Origin: an uncultured Clostridium sp.
GTDB lineage: Bacteria; Bacillota; Clostridia; Oscillospirales; CAG-272
NCBI GenBank assembly: GCA_964526505.1
Contig: CAZGJC010000002.1
Location: forward strand, 316-64,315
Reading direction: 5' to 3'
Length of the DNA stretch: 64,000 nucleotides
This document shows positions 1-9,777 of this stretch, one piece after another. The notes beneath the pieces are model-generated. The model saw only the letters and a list, made by a program, of their open reading frames with translations, searched no databases and was not told the DNA's origin. The position numbers and the translations under genes were made by a program. The first letter of the stretch is position 1, and each line of letters starts with the position of its first letter.

Positions 1-1798
1 CAGGCAAACAAGAACGTTTAAACTGCTGTGTGAAAAATTTTCTTATGAACACTTTGAGCCATTTTTTTAAAGTGTCATCCGAATATTTGTTGCCGAGCGA
101 ATATTTTGCCAAGCGGAAAAGTTTTGCAGGAGAAAATCCGTATTTTAGCATATAATACAGATAAAAATCGTGAATTTCATACGGACCGACAAGGTCTTCT
201 GTTTTTTGTGCTATTTCTCCGTCATTATCTGTCGGTAAAAGTTCGGGGGATACGGGTGTATCCGCTATATCATACAATGCATCTGAGAGAGTTTTGTTAT
301 TCTCAATTGAAGCACAGTAACGAACAAGTTCACGAACCAACGTTTTAGGTATTGAACCGTTGACAGAGTAGTTTGACATATGGTCGCCGTTATATGTTGC
401 CCATCCGAGAGCAAGTTCGGACATATCTCCCGTACCAACGACAAAGCCTCCAACCTCGTTTGATATATCCATAATTACTTGTGTTCGCTCACGTGCCTGT
501 GCATTTTCGAATACAACGTTATGGTTATTGATATCGTGTCCTATATCTTCAAAATGACTTTTAACGGAATTTGATATATTTACACACCTGAAATCCACAC
601 CGAGTTCAGCACATATGGTTGTGGCATTGTCTTTGGTACGTTCGGACGTACCAAAGCATGGCATTGTTACCGCCACCACATCAGACACGGGTCTGCCGAG
701 TATTTTCATGGCACGAACCATAACAAGAAGTGCAAGAGTCGAGTCGAGTCCTCCTGAAATACCGATTACAACTTTTTTTGCATATGCGGACACAATTCGT
801 TTGGATAGTCCGTTTGCTTGAATCGACAAAATTTTTTCGTATTTCTTTTTGGCGTCTTCCGTATTATCCGGTATAAACGGATTGCTTGATATTTTTCTTG
901 TTAGTTTTGTTTCTTCAATTGTTGTATCAAATTCAATTTCACAATATTCTCCGGACAAATTTTCTTCCTTGCGGTGCATTTTGCACTTTTCGGATGCCAA
1001 TTTATCTGCATCGATCTCGCTCATCAATATCTCGTTGCCGAAAGCGTCTTTGGAAACAATCAATTCGCCGTTTTCAAATATTGCGGAATATCCGCCGTAG
1101 ACATAATCTGTTGTGGATTCATTCATATTGCTTTGCACAAATGCATATCCGCATAAAAGTCTTTGCGATTGAGCCAAGATAAGCATATTTGCGATATCGG
1201 AACTTGTATCGGTTTCGTTTGACGAACCCATACACATAATCAAATTTGCTCCCGCTATTGACAGTTCCGTTGACGGAGATAACGGTGTTTTCGAGTCGTC
1301 GTAGAATTCTATGCCGAATTTAAATGACGGCATATTACGACAAGTGAATATCTGCTTTGAACCGAACATTATTGCATTATCTTCAAACGCATATGAATAA
1401 TTGAGATCAGGGCAGGGGGAAAACCATCTGCGTTGTTCGCACGTGGGGTGTGATTTCGGCACTATTCCGAGAATTTGACCGCCTTGTATTGCTACGGCAC
1501 ATGAATAGAGTTTGTTTGAGCAAAGCAATGGAACGCCTATGACGTACACGGTATCGCTCATAACGGATGAATACACAAATTTTTTTAACCCTTCAAGCGA
1601 AGAGTATATCAGTTGCCGATTAAAAAACAAATCACCGCAGGTCGCACCTGTAAGCGTGAGTTCGGGGAAGAGAACTAATTTTGCCCCTTTTTCCGTTGCT
1701 TCTGTGGCAAGTCTTATACATTCGTTTGTATTAAAATCAACATCGGCAACTTTTATTTTTGGCGATATGGTTGCAATTTTTATAAAACCGTTTTTCAC
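1..1798 (-). CDS. nadE: Glutamine-dependent NAD+ synthetase (NadE), C-terminal end cut by the window edge; GTG start
   Basis: Absent from the ORF track because it runs off the left edge. Manual minus-strand translation from GTG at 1798 (GGAG about 8 nt upstream) gives VKNGFIKIATISPKIKVADV...LVLFPELTLTG (CN-hydrolase domain). Further on it gives KKVVIGISGGLDSTLALLV (SGGxDS PP-loop of NAD synthase, codons around 740-760). The frame stays open to position 2. Confidence 0.85.
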   Translation of the reverse strand, partial: MKNGFIKIATISPKIKVADVDFNTNECIRLATEATEKGAKLVLFPELTLTGATCGDLFFNRQLIYSSLEGLKKFVYSSVMSDTVYVIGVPLLCSNKLYSCAVAIQGGQILGIVPKSHPTCEQRRWFSPCPDLNYSYAFEDNAIMFGSKQIFTCRNMPSFKFGIEFYDDSKTPLSPSTELSIAGANLIMCMGSSNETDTSSDIANMLILAQSQRLLCGYAFVQSNMNESTTDYVYGGYSAIFENGELIVSKDAFGNEILMSEIDADKLASEKCKMHRKEENLSGEYCEIEFDTTIEETKLTRKISSNPFIPDNTEDAKKKYEKILSIQANGLSKRIVSAYAKKVVIGISGGLDSTLALLVMVRAMKILGRPVSDVVAVTMPCFGTSERTKDNATTICAELGVDFRCVNISNSVKSHFEDIGHDINNHNVVFENAQARERTQVIMDISNEVGGFVVGTGDMSELALGWATYNGDHMSNYSVNGSIPKTLVRELVRYCASIENNKTLSDALYDIADTPVSPELLPTDNDGEIAQKTEDLVGPYEIHDFYLYYMLKYGFSPAKLFRLAKYSLGNKYSDDTLKKWLKVFIRKFFTQQFKRSCLP

Positions 1799-1844
1799 TT
1801 CATTTGCTCCGATCTGTCCTCTGAGGGACAAAATTTACATATGT

Positions 1845-1873
1845 ATTATAGCATTTATTTATTTTAATTACAA
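1845..1873 (-). promoter_or_regulatory. Sigma-A type promoter for nadE (TTGTAA-17-TATAAT with TGc extended -10)
   Basis: The reverse complement reads ttgtaa ttaaaataaataaatgc tataat, about 45 nt upstream of the GTG start. Confidence 0.5.
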
Positions 1874-1897
1874 TAGTGTTTTTGCATTTTTCGCAAA

Positions 1898-1925
1898 ATT
1901 ACGCCGAGGATGACCTCGGCGTAAT
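1898..1925 (-). terminator. Hairpin terminator after the acyl-CoA ligase gene
   Basis: Perfect 12-bp stem attacgccgagg/cctcggcgtaat with a 4-nt loop. It is followed on the minus strand by AAUUUUG and lies 13 nt after the stop at 1938. Confidence 0.55.
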
Positions 1926-1937
1926 ATGTAATAGATT

Positions 1938-3656
1938 TTATTTAACAAGTTGTCTTTTGATTTTTTTAGTCGTTGTTTTTTCAAATTCTGTCTTTCTGAT
2001 CTCTACTGCTTTAATTTGTTTGAAGGACGGAAGTTTTTTATTGACGGCATTGATTGACTTGCGTATAGAGTCTTTAATTTCATCATCACAAGCACCTTTG
2101 GGGAATTTTGAAAAATCCGGATATACGACCGCAACAAGATTTACCGTGTCGCTGTCTGTCGCTTTTCTACCGATAACGCAAGATTCGGCAATTGTTTCGA
2201 TGCCTTCGAGATATTCTTCGATTTCTTCAGGGAATACGTTTTTGCCGTTTTCAAGTACGATTACGAATTTAATTCTTCCGGTAATGTAAATATATCCTTC
2301 GTTATCAAGGTAACCCACATCCCCTGTTCTAAACCAACCGTCAGATGTGAACACGTCTGCATTTGCGTCGGGATTGTTATAATATCCGAGCATAACGTTA
2401 TCACCTTTTACCTGAATTTCTCCCATTGCATATCCGTCAGGCGTTGTCTCTCCGTTGGGATCAATTCTGACTTGGCAGGAGGGAACAGCGGGACCGATTG
2501 ATCCGGGCTTTCGGTTATAGTATCTGTCGACGGCAACAAGTGGGGAACACTCGGTAATTCCGAAACCTTCGCATACGGTAATTCCGAATTCCTCAAATTC
2601 GTATATAAGGTCGGGGTTGAGTTTTGCACCTCCGCAGATTATATGGTCAAGTCTTCCTCCGAATGCTTCTGTAACTGATTTGAACAATTTTGAACGCATA
2701 TCGACTTTAACTTTGCGAAGTCCCTGTGAGAGTTTAATTCCTGCTTTGAGGATTTTGTCTTTTCCGGTTTTCTCCGCTTCATGCCAGATTTTTTTATGCA
2801 TGGTATTCATAAAGAGAGGAACAAGAACAAGAGCGGTAGGCTTGAAAAGAGCAAAATTCTTCATTACATGACGCAAAGAGTCATTGATACATATTTCCAC
2901 ACCGAGAGCAAGTTCTGCAATGAGACACATAAGTTCGTATGTGTGATGAACGGGGAGGACCGATACAACAACATCATCTTTTGTAAAGCATACGGTTGCA
3001 AGAGCGGATTCGACTGCCGAGAATATATTCTTTTGACAAAGTGTTACACATTTACTTGTTCCTGTGGTCCCCGATGTGAATAGCATTTCACACATTTCTT
3101 CGGGATTTTGAAGCGGTTTCACGGTATAGCCGTTGTCTACCGTTTCCTGTCCCATTTGCACGAGTTTGCCGAAAGGAACGATTTTCTCCGATATTTCATC
3201 GCCGTATTCGGCATTTATCGGAATAAAGAATTTGAGGTGCTCGTGTGTCGTTATTGTTTTTATGAGTTTTTCATTAAATGATTTAGAATATACAATAGCG
3301 TCAGCCTCAACAAGAGAAAGGAATTTTTCTATTTCGGTTACGGCAAGTTCTTTATCCATGGGAATTATAACGGTTCCGTTTGTGAGTGCTCCTAGGTAAG
3401 TGGCAAGCCATTGAGGAGATGTATCTCCTATCACGGCAACACGTTTTCCGGTAAGTCCGAGTTTTTCAAAACCTGCCGCAACGTTTAATACCAAGTTATA
3501 AAATTCGGCATATGTCATTTGAAGAAGTTTATCACTCTCAAAATATTTGAATGCAACCTTATTGTCATGGGATGCAATATATGCCAGAACGTTATTTACG
3601 GAAGAAACCGAAATCGGCTCTCTTTCTATCAGTTGTTTGTTTTGGACTTTTCTCAT
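1938..3656 (-). CDS. AMP-binding long-chain fatty acid--CoA ligase (FadD-like)
   Basis: ORF 1938..3671; the likely ATG is at 3656, behind GGAGA. AMP-binding signatures are present: LFTSGTTGTSKCV and DGWFRTGDVGYLD. Confidence 0.85.
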   Translation of the reverse strand: MRKVQNKQLIEREPISVSSVNNVLAYIASHDNKVAFKYFESDKLLQMTYAEFYNLVLNVAAGFEKLGLTGKRVAVIGDTSPQWLATYLGALTNGTVIIPMDKELAVTEIEKFLSLVEADAIVYSKSFNEKLIKTITTHEHLKFFIPINAEYGDEISEKIVPFGKLVQMGQETVDNGYTVKPLQNPEEMCEMLFTSGTTGTSKCVTLCQKNIFSAVESALATVCFTKDDVVVSVLPVHHTYELMCLIAELALGVEICINDSLRHVMKNFALFKPTALVLVPLFMNTMHKKIWHEAEKTGKDKILKAGIKLSQGLRKVKVDMRSKLFKSVTEAFGGRLDHIICGGAKLNPDLIYEFEEFGITVCEGFGITECSPLVAVDRYYNRKPGSIGPAVPSCQVRIDPNGETTPDGYAMGEIQVKGDNVMLGYYNNPDANADVFTSDGWFRTGDVGYLDNEGYIYITGRIKFVIVLENGKNVFPEEIEEYLEGIETIAESCVIGRKATDSDTVNLVAVVYPDFSKFPKGACDDEIKDSIRKSINAVNKKLPSFKQIKAVEIRKTEFEKTTTKKIKRQLVK

Positions 3657-3733
3657 ATTAAATTTCTCCAATCAGTCGTATTTATGGGTTATGTAATTAA
3701 CTTAAACGCAAATGTTGTAAAAACAACAAGTTA

Positions 3734-3762
3734 ATTATACCATAACAAAACAATATTGTCAA
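3734..3762 (-). promoter_or_regulatory. Sigma-A promoter for the acyl-CoA ligase gene (TTGACA-17-TATAAT, TGg extended -10)
   Basis: The reverse complement reads ttgaca atattgttttgttatgg tataat. Confidence 0.6.
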
Positions 3763-3787
3763 TAGCCGTCGAAAGATTTTGCAAAAG

Positions 3788-5557
3788 TTACTTGTTTTGA
3801 CGCATCGACAGAACTTTTTCTTCATCCGGTGTTACGTAGGCACTCCAATTATTATTGTAAATTACAAATCCCGGTTTTGAACCCGCAACCTTTTTCACAC
3901 CTCGTGCGAACAAATAATCGACTTCTATGCTTTCTCCACCACGTGCTTTGGAATAATATGCCGCTATCATACAAGCGTCGGTAAAATCCCGGGCCGGAGG
4001 CTCTTCTCCGTTTGTCACCAGAATTACATGTGATCCGGGTGTGTTTTTTGCATGAAACCAATAGTCGTTTTTTTCTGCAAGTTTGTGAGTTATATATTCG
4101 TTTTGCACGTTGTTTTTACCGCAATATACCTTGTACCCGTTTGTCGTTAAAAACAATGCGGGGGTGAGAGTAGTATGTTTTTTTGGAGATACGTAGCCAC
4201 GCATTTTGGAGGCATATCCCGAACGAAATAGCTCATCACGTATTTCCGCTAAATCCGATGATGTTTCTGCCTTCGTCAATGCTTCGAAAACCGAATGAAT
4301 ATAGTCAAGTTCCTTTTCGCCGATTGCAATTTGTTTTGAAAGTTCAATCTTCGCATTTTTCGCTTTATTATATTTTTTATAGTATCTTTGAGCATTTGCG
4401 GACGGAGAAATACGTGAATCCAATAAAACTGTAATCTTTGAATATTCTCCGAGTTCTTCGTCCCAAGCATCGTAATCTTCAAGTTGGGCAGTGGTTTGTC
4501 CTTTGGAAAGTTTATAGATATTGGACGTTATCAGGTCGCCGTATTTTCTGTATTGATCACCTTTTTCGCAGTCAGCAAGTTCTGTACGTTGGGAATCAAG
4601 TTTTTTTACAAGTCTTGATTCGGCATTGGTAAGCAATTTGTATATATCCGTTGCACGCTGTTTGATTCGTTGTTCTTTATCACGATTTTCAAAATATACA
4701 TCGAGTGCTCTTGATACCGAATCGAAATTTTTGCACAATACGCCACTTGCGTAATGAAGAAGCGATGTAAATGAATATTCAATAGGAAGCGACTTGTCAA
4801 ATATTACGCACGGAGAATAGTTATTATTCTTTATAATTGAGACAAACTCAAAAAATGAACATGAGAGGTTATTGCATATTTCGTTACATATAATAGGCGA
4901 GGTTTCACCTGTCGCACGATAGCATATTTCACGTGCATTTGAAGACGAAATACCGAGATAATTAGAAGTTATAAATTTATCCGCTGTAAGTCCATAAAAA
5001 GATGCTATCTTTTCCGAAAAACCATCTTCACATTCTTCTAATGGATTTTGCTTGTTTTGCGAAGGCGGTAATTCGTATATCATACCCGGTAGCACCTGCC
5101 TGAGACTGCTTGTGGAAAAATCTATGGTTTTAATTGATGATATAATTTTTGAATTTTCGTCTGTAAATATTAAATTGCTGTATTTGCCCATTATTTCGGC
5201 AAAAATGTATTTTTTACATTCAAATCCCATTTCATCACGTGTTGCGAACGTTAATTTCGCAACACGTTCAAATCCGATTTGAGAAATTTCCGAAATCGTT
5301 GCACCTGTCAGATGTTTTCGCAAAAGCATACAAAACATAGGTGCTTGCATCGGATTTTCTTTTTGCGTGTCGGTTAAACCTATCCTCGGACAGACCGAAC
5401 CAACGTTTATCACTAATCTATGTGACGCTCCGTGTGAGCGTACGAGCAATACAATTTCATCTTTTTCAGGTTGATAAACTTTTTCTGTTTTTCCACCGCA
5501 AATCGTGCCGTTAAGTTCATTTAAAACACACGATAACATACCTGCATCAAATGCCAT
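3788..5557 (-). CDS. rqcH: NFACT-family ribosome quality-control protein RqcH (fibronectin-binding protein A homolog)
   Basis: ORF 3788..5617; the probable start is ATG at 5557 (MAFDAGMLSCVLNEL) behind GGGAGAA. It has an NFACT-N type N-terminus, a central coiled coil, and a C-terminal YWFHAKNTPGSHVIL motif (NFACT-R/DUF814). Confidence 0.85.
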   Translation of the reverse strand: MAFDAGMLSCVLNELNGTICGGKTEKVYQPEKDEIVLLVRSHGASHRLVINVGSVCPRIGLTDTQKENPMQAPMFCMLLRKHLTGATISEISQIGFERVAKLTFATRDEMGFECKKYIFAEIMGKYSNLIFTDENSKIISSIKTIDFSTSSLRQVLPGMIYELPPSQNKQNPLEECEDGFSEKIASFYGLTADKFITSNYLGISSSNAREICYRATGETSPIICNEICNNLSCSFFEFVSIIKNNNYSPCVIFDKSLPIEYSFTSLLHYASGVLCKNFDSVSRALDVYFENRDKEQRIKQRATDIYKLLTNAESRLVKKLDSQRTELADCEKGDQYRKYGDLITSNIYKLSKGQTTAQLEDYDAWDEELGEYSKITVLLDSRISPSANAQRYYKKYNKAKNAKIELSKQIAIGEKELDYIHSVFEALTKAETSSDLAEIRDELFRSGYASKMRGYVSPKKHTTLTPALFLTTNGYKVYCGKNNVQNEYITHKLAEKNDYWFHAKNTPGSHVILVTNGEEPPARDFTDACMIAAYYSKARGGESIEVDYLFARGVKKVAGSKPGFVIYNNNWSAYVTPDEEKVLSMRQNK

Positions 5558-5669
5558 TACTGTTTCTCCCAAAAAAATTCTTATCAATATTATATCACGA
5601 TATTGATTTTTTTGCAAGACAATGATATAATAACAAATGTATGAAATTTATACCGAAACGGAGACTGCC

Positions 5670-6533
5670 ATGACGGAAGACAAAATTCAAAACATCATTG
5701 GTATAGACGTTGGGGGAAGTACCACAAAAATAGTTGGTTTTAAAGTTAAAACGAACGGGGAGAGAGAGATGATATCTCCGCTTTTCGTGCGTGCAACAGA
5801 TCCTATAACATCTATATACGGTGCGTTTGGAAAATTCACATCGGAAAACAATTTGTCACTTGAAGAAATAGACGGTGTAAAGATTACTGGCGTCGGTTCT
5901 TCATTTATGTCCAAACCTATATATTCACTTAATTGTTCGCCTGTTACGGAATTTACGGCAGTTGGACTCGGAGGACTGTTTTTGTCCGGACTCGAAGAGG
6001 CTATTGTTGTCAGTATGGGAACAGGTACTGCACTTATTCACGCCAAGAAAACCGATGAGGATACGCAAATCAATTACCTTGGTGGAACAGGTGTTGGCGG
6101 AGGAACGCTCATGGGTCTGACAAAAAAACTTGTTGGTGTAGATACAATAGAGCATATAGAACAAATATGTGAAGGCGGAAATCTTGCAAACGTTGATTTG
6201 CGTGTGGGCGATATATCACAAAGTACAAATTATTCTGACGTTAAAGATAACATTACTGCGTCTAATTTCGGAAAACTTTCCGACATGGCTTCACAGTCGG
6301 ATATTGCACTCGGAGTTGCGAATATGGTTGCGGAAACTGTATTTATGATGGCGTTATTTGCCGCCAGGGGATACGGGTTGTCTAATATAGTCCTTATCGG
6401 CTCGTTGACAAACATACTACCGGTAAGACGTGTATTTGAAAATTTAGGCTCGGAATTCGGAGTTAACTTTATAATACCGGAAAATGCAAGTTTCGGAACT
6501 GCAATCGGAGCGGCACTTTACGAAAAAAAGTGA
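5670..6533 (+). CDS. coaW: Type II pantothenate kinase (CoaW, Fumble family)
   Basis: GIDVGGSTTKIV, YLGGTGVGGGTLMGL, VDLRVGDI, TASNFG, IVLIGS and ENASFGTAIGAAL parallel the Staphylococcus CoaW motifs. The start at 5670 follows GGAGA. Confidence 0.8.
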   Translation: MTEDKIQNIIGIDVGGSTTKIVGFKVKTNGEREMISPLFVRATDPITSIYGAFGKFTSENNLSLEEIDGVKITGVGSSFMSKPIYSLNCSPVTEFTAVGLGGLFLSGLEEAIVVSMGTGTALIHAKKTDEDTQINYLGGTGVGGGTLMGLTKKLVGVDTIEHIEQICEGGNLANVDLRVGDISQSTNYSDVKDNITASNFGKLSDMASQSDIALGVANMVAETVFMMALFAARGYGLSNIVLIGSLTNILPVRRVFENLGSEFGVNFIIPENASFGTAIGAALYEKK

Positions 6534-6540
6534 AAAAAGA

Positions 6541-6569
6541 TTGACATAAACAAAACAAAATGTTATAAT
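6541..6569 (+). promoter_or_regulatory. Sigma-A promoter for alaS (TTGACA-17-TATAAT, TGt extended -10)
   Basis: ttgaca taaacaaaacaaaatgt tataat. The leader is only about 40 nt, too short for a T-box. Confidence 0.65.
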
Positions 6570-6612
6570 TAGATATTAAACATAACAAACAAATTTGAAA
6601 GGCAATATAAAA

Positions 6613-9240
6613 ATGCAGTGGACATCATTAAATGATTTGAGAGAAAAGTATCTTTCTTTTTTTGAGTCAAAAGGACATCTGAGACTTCCTTCATATCCTC
6701 TTGTTCCTCAGGGCGACAAATCGCTTCTTCTCATAAATTCGGGCATGGCACCCATGAAAAAGTTTTTCACGGGCGAAGAACAACCACCGAAAAATCGTGT
6801 AACGACGTGTCAAAAATGTATTCGTACGCCTGACCTCGAAAGAGTAGGTCACACAGCAAGACACGGAACTTTCTTTGAAATGCTCGGAAACTTTTCATTC
6901 GGCGACTATTTCAAGGTGGAGGCTATTTCATGGGCATGGGAATTTCTCACCGAAGTTCTTGAAATTCCGACTGACCTCTTATGGCCGTCTATATACGAAA
7001 ATGACGAAGAGGCTTATGACATTTGGGTGAACAAAATAGGCGTTAATCCTGCACACGTGGTAAGACTCGGAAAAGCGGACAACTTCTGGGAGCATGGTTC
7101 CGGTCCTTGCGGTCCTTGTTCGGAAATATATTTTGACAGAGGGGAAAAGTACGGTTGCGGTTCTCCCGATTGCAAACCGGGATGTGACTGCGACAGATTT
7201 ATGGAGATCTGGAACAACGTATTTTCTCAATTCAACAATGACGGTCAGGGTAACTATACCGAACTTGCTCACAAAAATATAGATACAGGTATGGGGCTTG
7301 AACGTCTTGCTTGTGTTATGCAGGGTGTTGACAATATGTTTGAAGTTGACAGCATACGCAAAGTTATTGACAAGACGTGTGAGATTTCCGGCAAATCATA
7401 CGGTGAGGACAACAACAACGATATATCCATACGTGTTGTAACCGACCATTCCAGAAGTGCAATGTTTATGATTTCCGATGGAGTAATTCCGTCAAACGAG
7501 GGCAGAGGGTACGTTCTTCGCAGAATTATAAGACGTGCATGTCGCCACGGAAAACTTCTCGGTATAAATCATCCGTTCTTGGTTCAAACCGTTACGGTCG
7601 CAATTGATGAAAGTTGTCGTGCCTATCCCGAACTTGATCAAAAACGTGATTACATTTTGAAAGTTATTTCCATGGAAGAAGAGAGATTTGATGCAACTGT
7701 TGATGCGGGTCTTTCCATACTTTCAAATCTTATCAGAGGTGCATTTGCAGAGCATGCAGACACCATTTCCGGTGAAGAAGTATTTAAACTTTACGATACT
7801 TTCGGTTTTCCAATAGATCTTACACGTGAAATTGTTGCCGAAAGCAATTTAAAAATTGATGAGAAGAAGTTCCTTGAACTTATGCAACAACAAAAAACAC
7901 GTGCAAGAGAGGCAAGAGCAAACATCGGAGGATGGGATGAATCTTCAAAGTCATTACTTTCAGATCTTCCGAAAACAGAATTTATCGGATACTCGAATTA
8001 CAGAGGCACGGCGAAGATAATTGCCATCATTACCGAGGAGGGCAGTGTTGACAGTATATCCGAGGGTGATTGCTCGATTATATTGGACAGAACACCGTTC
8101 TACGGTGAAGGTGGTGGACAAGTTGGCGATACAGGAACGATTTATTCCGACGGATTTCTTGCCAACGTATACGATACAAAGAAGACGGATGGGGTATATA
8201 TACATCTTTGCACGGTTGCAAGCGGTACTATAAAGGTCGGTGACACGGTCACGGCAGATATAGACGATGGCAGAAGAGACGCAATTTGTCGTAATCATTC
8301 TGCCGCACACTTGCTTCAAGCGGCACTCCGTTCGATTTTGGGAAATCATGTTGAGCAAGCGGGGTCATTTGTAAACAATGAAATTTGCAGATTTGACTTT
8401 ACACATTTTGCATCATTGACTCCCGATGAGATAGAAAAAGTTGAAAATCTTGTTAATATTAACATTCTTTCTGCAAACGAAATAACAACTCTTGAAACTG
8501 ACATTGAAACCGCAAAGAAAAACGGTGCCATGGCACTGTTCGGTGAGAAATACGGTTCGGTTGTACGTATGGTTAAGATGGGAAGATTTTCCACTGAACT
8601 TTGCGGTGGAACACACTGTAACAATACGGGCAAGATAGGATTGTTTAAGATAGTATCCGAATCATCCGTTGCGGCAGGTGTAAGACGTATAGAAGCGGTT
8701 ACGGGATACGGCGTTTTGAAACTTATGGCATCCAGAGACAAACTCATATCGGATACCGCCGCGGAACTCAAAGTTCAGAATCCTATGGATATCGCCAAGA
8801 AAGCGAATGCAATTCAGGGAGAGGTTGCTTCGTTGAAAAAAGAAATCGAATCACTTAACAGCAAAATAGCAAATTCCAAGCTTGCGGAAGTGTTGGCAAA
8901 TTGCACCGGCGTCGGAAGTGTTAAACTTGTTACCAAATCCCTCGATATGGAAATAGACGTTGCGAGAAGTCTTGCTGACAAGATAAAAGCCGACTGTCCG
9001 GATACCGTGGCTGTTTTGGCAATCAATTCGCAAGGAAAATTAAACTTCATTGCAGTTGCCGGTAAAGATGCGGTTTCGGCAGGAGCACATGCGGGTAAAC
9101 TTGTAGGACTTGTTGCGTCTGTAACAGGAGGCAAGGGGGGCGGACGCCCTGATTCCGCTATGGCAGGCGGTCGTGATATCGACAAGATTGATGTGGCACT
9201 TGCAAGTGCATATGAATCGCTTTTGGGTATGCTCAAATAA
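6613..9240 (+). CDS. alaS: Alanine--tRNA ligase
   Basis: MQWTSLNDLREKYLSFFESKGH, HGTFFEMLGNFSFGDYFK, the editing-domain HSAAHLL, and a C-terminal GGKGGGRPDSAMAGG (DHHA1). Confidence 0.97.
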   Translation: MQWTSLNDLREKYLSFFESKGHLRLPSYPLVPQGDKSLLLINSGMAPMKKFFTGEEQPPKNRVTTCQKCIRTPDLERVGHTARHGTFFEMLGNFSFGDYFKVEAISWAWEFLTEVLEIPTDLLWPSIYENDEEAYDIWVNKIGVNPAHVVRLGKADNFWEHGSGPCGPCSEIYFDRGEKYGCGSPDCKPGCDCDRFMEIWNNVFSQFNNDGQGNYTELAHKNIDTGMGLERLACVMQGVDNMFEVDSIRKVIDKTCEISGKSYGEDNNNDISIRVVTDHSRSAMFMISDGVIPSNEGRGYVLRRIIRRACRHGKLLGINHPFLVQTVTVAIDESCRAYPELDQKRDYILKVISMEEERFDATVDAGLSILSNLIRGAFAEHADTISGEEVFKLYDTFGFPIDLTREIVAESNLKIDEKKFLELMQQQKTRAREARANIGGWDESSKSLLSDLPKTEFIGYSNYRGTAKIIAIITEEGSVDSISEGDCSIILDRTPFYGEGGGQVGDTGTIYSDGFLANVYDTKKTDGVYIHLCTVASGTIKVGDTVTADIDDGRRDAICRNHSAAHLLQAALRSILGNHVEQAGSFVNNEICRFDFTHFASLTPDEIEKVENLVNINILSANEITTLETDIETAKKNGAMALFGEKYGSVVRMVKMGRFSTELCGGTHCNNTGKIGLFKIVSESSVAAGVRRIEAVTGYGVLKLMASRDKLISDTAAELKVQNPMDIAKKANAIQGEVASLKKEIESLNSKIANSKLAEVLANCTGVGSVKLVTKSLDMEIDVARSLADKIKADCPDTVAVLAINSQGKLNFIAVAGKDAVSAGAHAGKLVGLVASVTGGKGGGRPDSAMAGGRDIDKIDVALASAYESLLGMLK

Positions 9241-9255
9241 TTATATAAATAAAAA

Positions 9256-9296
9256 ACTCACTTGTTGTCAAATTTCGGCAACAAGTGAGTTTTTTG
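9256..9296. terminator. Bidirectional intrinsic terminator between alaS and the convergent small membrane-protein gene
   Basis: 12-bp stem actcacttgttg/caacaagtgagt, flanked by an A-run on the left and a T-run on the right. Confidence 0.8.
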
Positions 9297-9317
9297 TACT
9301 TGTGTAACAAGAAAATA

Positions 9318-9578
9318 TTATTCGCCTTCGTGGAAAACTATTGTGTCCACTTCGCCGTCTCCGTTGGTGTCTATCATAGTAGCGTCCGCCTCTCCGTCAC
9401 CGTCAATATCTATTTCGGCGAGTACTTTGTGTGCATTGTTTTTCTTTTTCAAGATGAGTTTTACTGCTATGGCAATCGCCGTAACAGCACAAATCACACC
9501 GCATATTATTGCGATAATTTTAAACGCACTGCATTTTTTGCTTTCTTCTTCAACTACAATAAATTCGGGTTTTTTCAT
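9318..9578 (-). CDS. Small single-pass membrane protein with two DxDGDG calcium-binding-like loops
   Basis: ORF 9318..9614; the likely start is ATG at 9578 behind AGGAGG. One TM segment (FKIIAIICGVICAVTAIAIAV) is followed by EIDIDGDGEADATMIDTNGDGEVDTIVF. Confidence 0.6.
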   Translation of the reverse strand: MKKPEFIVVEEESKKCSAFKIIAIICGVICAVTAIAIAVKLILKKKNNAHKVLAEIDIDGDGEADATMIDTNGDGEVDTIVFHEGE

Positions 9579-9650
9579 TAAATACCTCCTGATTTTCATC
9601 ACGGGCAATATCATGTGGATAATTGTCCCGTGACATAAGTACTTTTAGGA

Positions 9651-9755
9651 TTAGTGTATAAGGTACACAATTGCCATATAAAATGACGATAAGAGCATAA
9701 ATGCCGTAATTGCTATTGCGGTAATACGCACCCAAAGTTTACGATTCTTTCCCAT
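9651..9755 (-). CDS. Possible 34-aa hydrophobic micro-protein
   Basis: Below the ORF-track size cutoff. ATG at 9755 sits 7 nt after GGAGGTG, and the product is MGKNRKLWVRITAIAITAFMLLSSFYMAIVYLIH. It lies 22 nt downstream of the parC-like stop on the same strand. Confidence 0.35.
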   Translation of the reverse strand: MGKNRKLWVRITAIAITAFMLLSSFYMAIVYLIH

Positions 9756-9777
9756 TTTTTTCACCTCCAAAAAATTG

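Noticed and set aside
6534-6612. T-box or other leader element upstream of alaS
   Set aside because: The distance from the predicted -10 to the ATG is only about 40 nt. There is no specifier or antiterminator structure.
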